Of a DNA stretch of 64,000 nt, positions 1 to 11,800 are shown one piece after another. Position 1 is the first letter of the stretch; every line of letters begins with the position of its first letter. A model generated the notes under the pieces. That model was not told where the DNA came from. It was given only the letters and a program-made list of their open reading frames with translations, and ran no database searches. The translations under genes were made by a program, and so were the position numbers. Source of the DNA: Auanema rhodensis (lineage: Eukaryota > Animalia > Nematoda). The stretch spans positions 8,060,001 to 8,124,000 of the forward strand of contig OZ059900.1 of the NCBI GenBank assembly GCA_964057225.1, given 5' to 3'.

Positions 1-236
1 TCAAACTTTTGATCTTAAGCATATTTTTTTTTTCTAAAACGACTAAATGTATGAAATACTGTCAAAGAATGTTCATATAGGTGTATTTTGCACGAATATC
101 AAAACTGATTGAAATATGGGCCTTTTTATGCTCAAAACGCCATATATTCAACGATTTTGGGTACAAAACATGTGAAAACTGTATGTTTTGATCAGACCCT
201 TTGAGATATGGATTTGAAATTCAGGATTCATAAACT

Positions 237-584
237 TTGACTATTTTTACATATATATGTTCAATTTTAACCACTTTGGTCAAAAAGGACCGAAAATATC
301 AAGAATTATTGGTTTTTTGGGGTTTGAAGGGCATTTTGGCAAAATCAGTCAAACTTTTGATCTTAAGCATATTTTTTTCTTCTAAAACGACTAAATGTAT
401 GAAATACTGTCATAGAATGTTCATATAGGTGTATTTTGCACGAATATCAAAACTGATTGAAATATGGGCCTTTTTATGTTCAAAACGCCATATATTCAAC
501 GATTTTGGGTACAAAACATGTGAAAACTGTATGTTTTGATCAGACCCTTTGAGATATGGATTTGAAATTCAGGATTCATAAACT
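237..584 (+). repeat. Representative 348-bp monomer (arbitrary phase)
   Basis: TTGACTATTTTTACATATATATGT...GGATTCATAAACT, restarting at 585. The consensus has single AflII (CTTAAG), HaeIII (GGCC), RsaI (GTAC), PciI (ACATGT) and BclI (TGATCA) sites. BamHI and EcoRI sites occur only in variant monomers. Confidence 0.98.
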
Positions 585-1218
585 TTGACTATTTTTACAT
601 ATATATGTTCAATTTTAACCACTTTGGTCAAAAAGGACCGAAAATATCAAGAATTATTGGTTTTTTGGGGTTTGAAGGGCATTTTGGCTGAATCAGTCAA
701 ACTTTTGATCTTAAGCATATTTTTTTCTTCTAAAACGACTAAATGTATGAAATACTGTCATAGAATGTTCATATAGGTGTATTTTGCACGAATATCAAAA
801 CTGATTGAAATATGGGAATTTTTATGCTCAAAACGCCATATATTCAACGATTTTGGGTACAAAACATGTGAAAACGGTATGTTTTGATCAGACCCTTTGA
901 GATATGGATTTGAAATTCAGGATTCATAAACTTCGACTATTTCTACATATATATGTCCAATTTTAACCACTTTGGTCAAAAAGGACCGAAAATATCAAGA
1001 ATTATTGGTTTTTTGGGGTTTGAAGGGCATTTTGGCAAAATCAGTCAAACTTTTGATCTTAAGCATATTTTTTTCTTCTAAAACGACTAAATGTATGAAA
1101 TACTGTCATAGAATGTTCATATAGGTGTATTTTGCACGAATATCAAAACTGATTGAAATATGGGCATTTTTATGCTCAAAACGCCATATATTCAACGATT
1201 TTGGGTACAAAACATGTG

Positions 1219-1317
1219 AAAACTGTATGTTTTGATCAGACCCTTTGAGATATGGATTTGAAATTCAGGATTCATAAACTTTGACTATTTTTACATATAT
1301 ATGTTCACTTTTAACCA
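1219..1317 (+). repeat. 99-bp truncated monomer (249-bp deletion), copy 1 of 11
   Basis: Junction TTAACCA|AAAACTGT at 1317/1318; landmark spacing 585->1380 = 2*348+99. Confidence 0.95.
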
Positions 1318-4300
1318 AAAACTGTATGTTTTGATCAGAGCCTTTGAGATATGGATTTGAAATTCAGGATCCATAAACTTTGACTATTTTTACATATATA
1401 TGTTCAATTTTAACCACTATGGTCAAAAAGGACCGAAAATATCAAGAATTATTGGTTTTTTGGGGTTTGAAGGGCATTTTGGCAAAATCAGTCAAACTTT
1501 TGATCTTAAGCATATTTTTTTCTTCTAAAACGACTAAATGTATGAAATACTGTCATAGAATGTTCATATAGGTGTATTTTGCACGAATATCAAAACTGAT
1601 TGAAATATGGGCCTTTTTATGCTCAAAAAGCCATATATTCAACGATTTTGGGTACAAAACATGTGAAAACTGTATGTTTTGATCAGACCCTTTGAGATAT
1701 GGATTTGAAATTCAGGATTCATAAACTTTGACTATTTTTACATATATATGTCCAATTTCAACCACTTTGGTCAAAAAGGACCGAAAATATCAAGAATTAT
1801 TGGTTTTTTGGGGTTTGAAGGGCATTTTGGCTAAATCAGTCAAACTTTTGATCTTAAGCATATTTTTTTCTTCTAAAACGACTAAATGTATGAAATACTG
1901 TCATAGAATGTTGATATAGGTGTATTTTGCACGAATATCAAAACTGATTGAAATATGGGCCTTTTTATGCTCAAAACGCCATATATTCAACGATTTTGGG
2001 TTCAAAACATGTGAAAACTGTATGTTTTGATCAGACCCTTTGAGATATGGATTTGAAATTCAGGATCCATAAACTTTGACTATTTTTACATATATATGTT
2101 CAATTTTAACCACTATGGTCAAAAAGGACCGAAAATATCAAGAATTATTGGTTTTTTGGGGTTTGAAGGGCATTTTGGCAAAATCAGTCAAACTTTTGAT
2201 CTTAAGCATATTTTTTTCTTCTAAAACGACTAAATGTATGAAATACTGTCATAGAATGTTCATATAGGTGTATTTTGCACGAATATCAAAACTGATTGAA
2301 ATATGGGCCTTTTTATGCTCAAAACGCCATATATTCAACGATTTTGGGTACAAAACATGTGAAAACTGTATGTTTTGATCAGACCCTTTGAGATATGGAT
2401 TTGAAATTCAGGATTCATAAACTTTGACTATTTTTACATATATATGTTCAATTTTAACCACTTTGGTCAAGAAGGACCGAAAATATCAAGAATTATTGGT
2501 TTTTTGGGGTTTGAAGGGCATTTTGGCAAAATCAGTCAAACTTTTGATCTTAAGCATATTTTTTTCTTCTAAAACGACTAAATGTATAAAATACTGTCAT
2601 AGAATGTTCATATAGGTGTATTTTGCACGAATATCAAAACTGATTGAAATATGGGCCTTTTTATGCTCAAAACGCCATATATTCAACGATTTTGGGTACA
2701 AAACATGTGAAAACTGTATGTTTTGATCACACCCTTTGAGATATGGATTTGAAATTCAGGATTCATAAACTTTGACTATTTTTACATATATATGTTCAAT
2801 TGTAACCACTTTGGTCAAAAAGGACCGAAAATATCAAGAATTATTGGTTTTTTGGGGTTTGAAGGGCATTTTGGCAAAATCAGTCAAACTTTTGATCTTA
2901 AGCATATTTTTTTCTTCTAAAACGACTAAATGTATGAAATACTGCCATAGAATGTTGATATAGGTGTATTTTGCACGAATATCAAAACTGATTGAAATAT
3001 GGGCCTTTTTATGCTCAAAACGCCATATATTCAACGATTTTGGGTACAAAACATGTGAAAACTGTATGTTTTGATCAGACCCTTTGAGATATGGATTTAA
3101 AATTCAGGATTCATAAAATTCGACTATTTTTACATATATATGTCCAATTTTAACCACTTTGGTCAAAAAGGACCGAAAATATCAAGAATTATTGGTTTTT
3201 TGGGGTTTGAAGGGCATTTTGGCAAAATCAGTCAAACTTTTGATCTTAAGCATATTTTTTTCTTCTAAAACGACTAAATGTATGAAATACTGCCATAGAA
3301 TGTTGATATAGGTGTATTTTGCACGAATATCAAAACTGATTGAAATATGGGCCTTTTTATGCTCAAAACGCCATATATTCAACGATTTTGGGTACAAAAC
3401 ATGTGAAAACTGTATGTTTTGATCAGACCCTTTGAGATATGGATTTGGAATTCAGGATTCATAAACTTTGACTATTTCTACATATATATGTTCAATTTTA
3501 ACCACTTTGGTCAAAAAGGACCGAAAATATCAAGAATTATTGGTTTTTTGGGGTTTGAAGGGCATTTTGGCAAAATCAGTCAAACTTTTGATCTTAAGCA
3601 TATTTTTTTCTTCTAAAACGACTAAATGTATGAAATACTGTCATAGAATGTTCATATAGGTGTATTTTGCACGAATATCAAAACTGATTGAAATATGGGC
3701 CTTTTTATGCTCAAAACGCCATATATTCAACGATTTTGGGTACAAAACATGTGAAAACTGTATGTTTTGATCAGACCCTTTGAGATATGGATTTGAAATT
3801 CAGGATTCATAAACTTTGACTATTTTTACATATATATGTCCAATTTTAACCACTTTGGTCAAAAAGGACCGAAAATATCAAGAATTATTGGTTTTTTGGG
3901 GTTTGAAGGGCATTTTGGCTAAATCAGTCAAACTTTTGATCTTAAGCATATTTTTTTCTTCTAAAACGACTAAATGTATGAAATACTGTCAAAGAATGTT
4001 CATATAGGTGTATTTTGCACGAATATCAAAACTGATTGAAATATGGGCCTTTTTATGCTCAAAACGCCATATATTCAACGATTTTGGGTACAAAACATGT
4101 GAAAACTGTATGTTTTGATCAGACCCTTTGAGATATGGATTTAAAATTCAGGATTCATAAAATTCGACTATTTTTACATATATATGTCCAATTTTAACCA
4201 CTTTGGTCAAAAAGGACCGAAAATATCAAGAATTATTGGTTTTTTGGGGTTTGAAGGGCATTTTGGCAAAATCAGTCAAACTTTTGATCTTAAGCATATT

Positions 4301-4449
4301 TTTTTCTTCTAAAACGACTAAATGTATGAAATACTGTCATAGAATGTTCATATAGGTGTATTTTGCACGAATATCAAAACTGATTGAAATATGGGCATTT
4401 TTATGCTCAAAACGCCATATATTCAACGATTTTGGGTACAAAACATGTG

Positions 4450-4548
4450 AAAACTGTATGTTTTGATCAGACCCTTTGAGATATGGATTTGAAATTCAGG
4501 ATTCATAAACTTTGACTATTTTTACATATATATGTTCAATTTTAACCA
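4450..4548 (+). repeat. 99-bp truncated monomer, copy 2
   Basis: Same junction; 3816->4611 = 795. Confidence 0.95.
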
Positions 4549-7332
4549 AAAACTGTATGTTTTGATCAGAGCCTTTGAGATATGGATTTGAAATTCAGGA
4601 TCCATAAACTTTGACTATTTTTACATATATATGTTCAATTTTAACCACTATGGTCAAAAAGGACCGAAAATATCAAGAATTATTGGTTTTTTGGGGTTTG
4701 AAGGGCATTTTGGCAAAATCAGTCAAACTTTTGATCTTAAGCATATTTTTTTCTTCTAAAACGACTAAATGTATGAAATACTGTCATAGAATGTTCATAT
4801 AGGTGTATTTTGCACGAATATCAAAACTGATTGAAATATGGGCCTTTTTATGTTCAAAACGCCATATATTCAACGATTTTGGGTACAAAACATGTGAAAA
4901 CTGTATGTTTTGATCAGACCCTTTGAGATATGGATTTGAAATTCAGGATTCATAAACTTCGACTATTTTTACATATATATGTCCAATTTTAACCACTTTG
5001 GTCGAAAAGGACCGAAAATATCAAGAATTATTGGTTTTTTGGGGATTGAAGGGCATTTTGGCAAAATCAGTCAAACTTTTGATCTTAAGCATATTTTTTT
5101 CTTCTAAAACGACTAAATGTATGAAATACTGTCAAAGAATGTTCATATAGGTGTATTTTGCACGAAAATCAAAACTGATTGAAATATGGGCCTTTTTATG
5201 CTCAAAACGCCATGTATTCAACGATTTTGGGTTCAAAACATGTGAAAACTGTATGTTTTGATCAGACCCTTTGAGATATGGATTTGAAATTCAGGATCCA
5301 TAAACTTTGACTATTTTTACATATATATGTTCAATTTTAACCACTATGGTCAAAAAGGACCGAAAATATCAAGAATTATTGGTTTTTTGGGGTTTGAAGG
5401 GCATTTTGGCAAAATCAGTCAAACTTTTGATCTTAAGCATATTTTTTTCTTCTAAAACGACTAAATGTATAAAATACTGTCATAGAATGTTCATATAGGT
5501 GTATTTTGCACGAATATCAAAACTGATTGAAATATGGGCCTTTTTATGCTCAAAACGCCATATATTCAACGATTTTGGGTACAAAACATGTGAAAACTGT
5601 ATGTTTTGATCACACCCTTTGAGATATGGATTTGAAATTCAGGATTCATAAACTTTGACTATTTTTACATATATATGTTCAATTGTAACCACTTTGGTCA
5701 AAAAGGACCGAAAATATCAAGAATTATTGGTTTTTTGGGGTTTGAAGGGCATTTTGGCTAAATCAGTCAAACTTTTGATCTTAAGCATATTTTTTTCTTC
5801 TAAAACGACTAAATGTATGAAATACTGCCATAGAATGTTGATATAGGTGTATTTTGCACGAATATCAAAACTGATTGAAATATGGGCCTTTTTATGCTCA
5901 AAACGCCATATATTCAACGATTTTGGGTACAAAACATGTGAAAACTGTATGTTTTGATCAGACCCTTTGAGATATGGATTTAGAATTCAGGATTCATAAA
6001 TTTTGACTATTTTTACATATATATGTTCAATTTTAACCACTTTGGTCAAAAAGGACCGAAAATATCAAGAATTATTGGTTTTTTGGGGTTTGAAGGGCAT
6101 TTTGGCAAAATCAGTCAAACTTTTGATCTTAAGCATATTTTTTTCTTCTAAAACGACTAAATGTATGAAATACTGTCATAGATTGTTCATATAGGTGTAT
6201 TTTGCACGAATATCAAAACTGATTGAAATATGGGCCTTTTTATGCTCCAAACGCCATATATTCAACGATTTTGGGTACAAAACATGTGAAAACTGTATGT
6301 TTTGATCAGACCCTTTGAGATATGGATTTGAAATTCAGGATTCATAAACTTTGACTATTTCTACATATATATGTTCAATTTTAACCACTTTGGTCAAAAA
6401 GGACCGAAAATATCAAGAATTATTGGTTTTTTGGGGTTTGAAGGGCATTTTGGCAAAATCAGTCAAACTTTTGATCTTAAGCATATTTTTTTCTTCTAAA
6501 ACGACTAAATGTATGAAATACTGTCATAGAATGTTCATATAGGTGTATTTTGCACGAATATCAAAACTGATTGAAATATGGGCCTTTTTATGCTCAAAAC
6601 GCCATATATTCAACGATTTTGGGTACAAAACATGTGAAAACTGTATGTTTTGATCAGACCCTTTGAGATATGGATTTGAAATTCAGGATTCATAAACTTT
6701 GACTATTTTTACATATATATGTCCAATTTTAACCACTTTGGTCAAAAAGGACCGAAAATATCAAGAATTAATGGTTTTTTGGGGTTTGAAGGGCATTTTG
6801 GCTAAATCAGTCAAACTTTTGATCTTAAGCATATTTTTTTCTTCTAAAACGACTAAATGTATGAAATACTGTCAAAGAATGTTCATATAGGTGTATTTTG
6901 CACGAATATCAAAACTGATTGAAATATGGGCCTTTTTATGCTCAAAACGCCATATATTCAACGATTTTGGGTACAAAACATGTGAAAACTGTATGTTTTG
7001 ATCAGACCCTTTGAGATATGGATTTAAAATTCAGGATTCATAAAATTCGACTATTTTTACATATATATGTCCAATTTTAACCACTTTGGTCAAAAAGGAC
7101 CGAAAATATCAAGAATTATTGGTTTTTTGGGGTTTGAAGGGCATTTTGGCAAAATCAGTCAAACTTTTGATCTTAAGCATATTTTTTTCTTCTAAAACGA
7201 CTAAATGTATGAAATACTGTCATAGAATGTTCATATAGGTGTATTTTGCACGAATATCAAAACTGATTGAAATATGGGCATTTTTATGCTCAAAACGCCA
7301 TATATTCAACGATTTTGGGTACAAAACATGTG

Positions 7333-7431
7333 AAAACTGTATGTTTTGATCAGACCCTTTGAGATATGGATTTGAAATTCAGGATTCATAAACTTTGACT
7401 ATTTTTACATATATATGTTCAATTTTAACCA
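7333..7431 (+). repeat. 99-bp truncated monomer, copy 3
   Basis: Same junction; 6699->7494 = 795. Confidence 0.95.
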
Positions 7432-8859
7432 AAAACTGTATGTTTTGATCAGAGCCTTTGAGATATGGATTTGAAATTCAGGATCCATAAACTTTGACTA
7501 TTTTTACATATATATGTTCAATTTTAACCACTATGGTCAAAAAGGACCGAAAATATCAAGAATTATTGGTTTTTTGGGGTTTGAAGGGCATTTTGGCAAA
7601 ATCAGTCAAACTTTTGATCTTAAGCATATTTTTTTCTTCTAAAACGACTAAATGTATGAAATACTGTCATAGAATGTTCATATAGGTGTATTTTGCACGA
7701 ATATCAAAACTGATTGAAATATGGGCCTTTTTATGTTCAAAACGCCATATATTCAACGATTTTGGGTACAAAACATGTGAAAACTGTATGTTTTGATCAG
7801 ACCCTTTGAGATATGGATTTGAAATTCAGGATTCATAAACTTCGACTATTTTTACATATATATGTCCAATTTTAACCACTTTGGTCGAAAAGGACCGAAA
7901 ATATCAAGAATTATTGGTTTTTTGGGGATTGAAGGGCATTTTGGCAAAATCAGTCAAACTTTTGATCTTAAGCATATTTTTTTCTTCTAAAACGACTAAA
8001 TGTATGAAATACTGTCAAAGAATGTTCATATAGGTGTATTTTGCACGAAAATCAAAACTGATTGAAATATGGGCCTTTTTATGCTCAAAACGCCATGTAT
8101 TCAACGATTTTGGGTTCAAAACATGTGAAAACTGTATGTTTTGATCAGACCCTTTGAGATATGGATTTGAAATTCAGGATCCATAAACTTTGACTATTTT
8201 TACATATATATGTTCAATTTTAACCACTATGGTCAAAAAGGACCGAAAATATCAAGAATTATTGGTTTTTTGGGGTTTGAAGGGCATTTTGGCAAAATCA
8301 GTCAAACTTTTGATCTTAAGCATATTTTTTTCTTCTAAAACGACTAAATGTATGAAATACTGTCATAGAATGTTCATATAGGTGTATTTTGCACGAATAT
8401 CAAAACTGATTGAAATATGGGCCTTTTTATGCTCAAAACGCCATATATTCAACGATTTTGGGTACAAAACATGTGAAAACTGTATGTTTTGATCAGACCC
8501 TTTGAGATATGGATTTGAAATTCAGGATTTATAAACTTTGACTATTTTTACATATATATGTCCAATTTCAACCACTTTGGTCAAAAAGGACCGAAAATAT
8601 CAAGAATTATTGGTTTTTTGGGGTTTGAAGGGCATTTTGGCTGAATCAGTCAAACTTTTGATCTTAAGCATATTTTTTTCTTCTAAAACGACTAAATGTA
8701 TGAAATACTGTCATAGAATGTTCATATAGGTGTATTTTGCACGAATATCAAAACTGATTGAAATATGGGCCTTTTTATGCTCAAAACGCCATATATTCAA
8801 CGATTTTGGGTACAAAACATGTGAAAACTGTATGTTTTGATCAGACCCTTTGAGATATG

Positions 8860-11800
8860 GATTTGAAATTCAGGATTCATAAACTTTGACTATTTTTACA
8901 TATATATGTTCAACTGTAACCACTTTGGTCAAAAAGGACTGAAAATATCAAGAATTATTGGTTTTTTGGGGTTTGAAGGGCATTTTGGCTAAATCAGTCA
9001 AACTTTTGATCTTAAGCATATTTTTTTCTTCTAAAACGACTAAATGTATGGAATACTGTCATAGAATGTTGATATAAGTGTATTTTGCACGAATATCAAA
9101 ACTGATTAAAATATGGGCCTTTTTATGCTCAAAAAGCCATATATTCAACGATTTTGGGTACAAAACATGTGAAAACTGTATGTTTTGATCAGACCCTTTG
9201 AGATATGGATTTGAAATTCAGGATTCATAAACTTTGACTATTTTTACATATATATGTCCAATTTTAACCACTTTGGTCAAAAAGGACCGAAAATATCAAG
9301 AATTATTGGTTTTTTGGGGTGTGAAGGGCATTTTGGCTGAATCAGTCAAACTTTTGATCTTAAGCATATTTTTTTCTTCTAAAACGACTAAATGTATGAA
9401 ATACTGTCATAGAATGTTCATATAGGTGTATTTTGCACGAATATCAAAACTGATTGAAATATGGGCCTTTTTATGCTCAAAACGCCATATATTCAACGAT
9501 TTTGGGTACAAAACATGTGAAAACGGTATGTTTTGATCAGACCCTTTGAGATATGGATTTGAAATTCAGGATTCATAAACTTCGACTATTTCTACATATA
9601 TATGTCCAATTTTAACCACTTTGGTCAAAAAGGACCGAAAATATCAAGAATTATTGGTTTTTTGGGGTTTGAAGGGCATTTTGGCAAAATCAGTCAAACT
9701 TTTGATCTTAAGCAAATTTTTTTCTTCTAAAACGACTAAATGTATGAAATACTGTCAAAGATTGTTCATATAGGTGTATTTTGCACGAATATCAAAACTG
9801 ATTGAAATATGGGCCTTTTTATGCTCAAAACGCCATATATTCAACGATTTTGGGTACAAAACATGTGAAAACTGTATGTTATGATCAGACCCTTTGAGAT
9901 ATGGATTTAAAATTCAGGATTCATAAAATTCGACTATTTTTACATATATATGTCCAATTTTAACCACTTTGGTCAAAAAGGACCGAAAATATCAAGAATT
10001 ATTGGTTTTTTGGGGTTTGAAGGGCATTTTGGCAAAATCAGTCAAACTTTTGATCTTAAGCATATTTTTTTCTTCTAAAACGACTAAATGTATGAAATAC
10101 TGTCATAGAATGTTCATATAGGTGTATTTTGCACAAATATCAAGACTGATTGAAACATGGGCCTTTTTATGCTCAAAACGCCATATATTCAACGATTTTG
10201 GGTACAAAACATGTGAAAACTGTATGTTTTGATCAGACCCTTTGAGATATGGATTTGAAATTCAGGATTCATAAACTTCGACTATTTCTACATATATATG
10301 TCCAATTTTAACCACTTTGGTCAAAAAGGACCGAAAATATCAAGAATTATTGGTTTTTTGGGGTTTGAAGGGCATTTTGGCTAAATCAGTCAAACTTTTG
10401 ATCTTAAGCATATTTTTTTCTTCTAAAACGACTAAATGTATGAAATACTGTCATAGAATGTTCATATAGGTGTATTTTGCACGAATATAAAAACTGATTG
10501 AAATATGGGCCTTTTTATGTTCAAAACGCCATATATTCAACGATTTTGGGTACAAAACATGTGAAAACTGTATGTTTTGATCAGACCCTTTGAGATATGG
10601 ATTTGAAATTCAGGATTCATAAACTTTGACTATTTTTACATATATATGTTCAACTGTAACCACTTTGGTCAAAAAGGACTGAAAATATCAAGAATTATTG
10701 GTTTTTTGGGGTTTGAAGGGCATTTTGGCTAAATCAGTCAAACTTTTGATCTTAAGCATATTTTTTTCTTCTAAAACGACTAAATGTATGGAATACTGTC
10801 ATAGAATGTTGATATAAGTGTATTTTGCACGAATATCAAAACTGATTGAAATATGGGCCTTTTTATGCTCAAAAAGCCATATATTCAACGATTTTGGGTA
10901 CAAAACATGTGAAAACTGTATGTTTTGATCAGACCCTTTGAGATATGGATTTGAAATTCAGGATTCATAAACTTCGACTATTTTTACATATATATGTCCA
11001 ATTTTAACCACTTTGGTCAAAAAGGACCGAAAATATCAAGAATTATTGGTTTTTTGGGGTGTGAAGGGCATTTTGGCTGAATCAGTCAAACTTTTGATCT
11101 TAAGCATATTTTTTTCTTCTAAAACGACTAAATGTATGAAATACTGTCATAGAATGTTCATATAGGTGTATTTTGCACGAATATCAAAACTGATTGAAAT
11201 ATGGGCCTTTTTATGCTCAAAACGCCATATATTCAACGATTTTGGGTACAAAACATGTGAAAACGGTATGTTTTGATCAGACCCTTTGAGATATGGATTT
11301 GAAATTCAGGATTCATAAACTTCGACTATTTCTACATATATATGTCCAATTTTAACCACTTTGGTCAAAAAGGACCGAAAATATCAAGAATTATTGGTTT
11401 TTTGGGGTTTGAAGGGCATTTTGGCAAAATCAGTCAAACTTTTGATCTTAAGCATATTTTTTTCTTCTAAAACGACTAAATGTATGAAATACTGTCAAAG
11501 ATTGTTCATATAGGTGTATTTTGCACGAATATCAAAACTGATTGAAATATGGGCCTTTTTATGCTCAAAACGCCATATATTCAACGATTTTGGGTACAAA
11601 ACATGTGAAAACTGTATGTTATGATCAGACCCTTTGAGATATGGATTTAAAATTCAGGATTCATAAAATTCGACTATTTTTACATATATATGTCCAATTT
11701 TAACCACTTTGGTCAAAAAGGACCGAAAATATCAAGAATTATTGGTTTTTTGGGGTTTGAAGGGCATTTTGGCAAAATCAGTCAAACTTTTGATCTTAAG

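Larger units (their letters stand above)
2472..8353 (+). repeat. Higher-order tandem duplication, unit 2883 bp (8 monomers + 99 bp), 2 imperfect copies
   Basis: Rare variants recur at +2883: GTATAAAAT (2588/5471), GATCACACC (~2729/5612), GGTCGAAAAGG (~5004/7887), CACGAAAATC, CCATGTATTC. One internal patch (~2876-3447 vs ~5759-6330) disagrees. Confidence 0.8.

Noticed and set aside
311-331. GGTTTTTTGGGGTTTGAAGGG as a telomere repeat or G-quadruplex
   Set aside because: It is a single T/G run rather than tandem telomere units, and it has too few G-runs of three or more for a canonical quadruplex.
489-505. CENP-B box-like motif on the minus strand (AATCGTTGAATATATGG)
   Set aside because: It matches only about 5 of the 9 essential bases of TTCGNNNNANNCGGG, and the CGGG end is missing.
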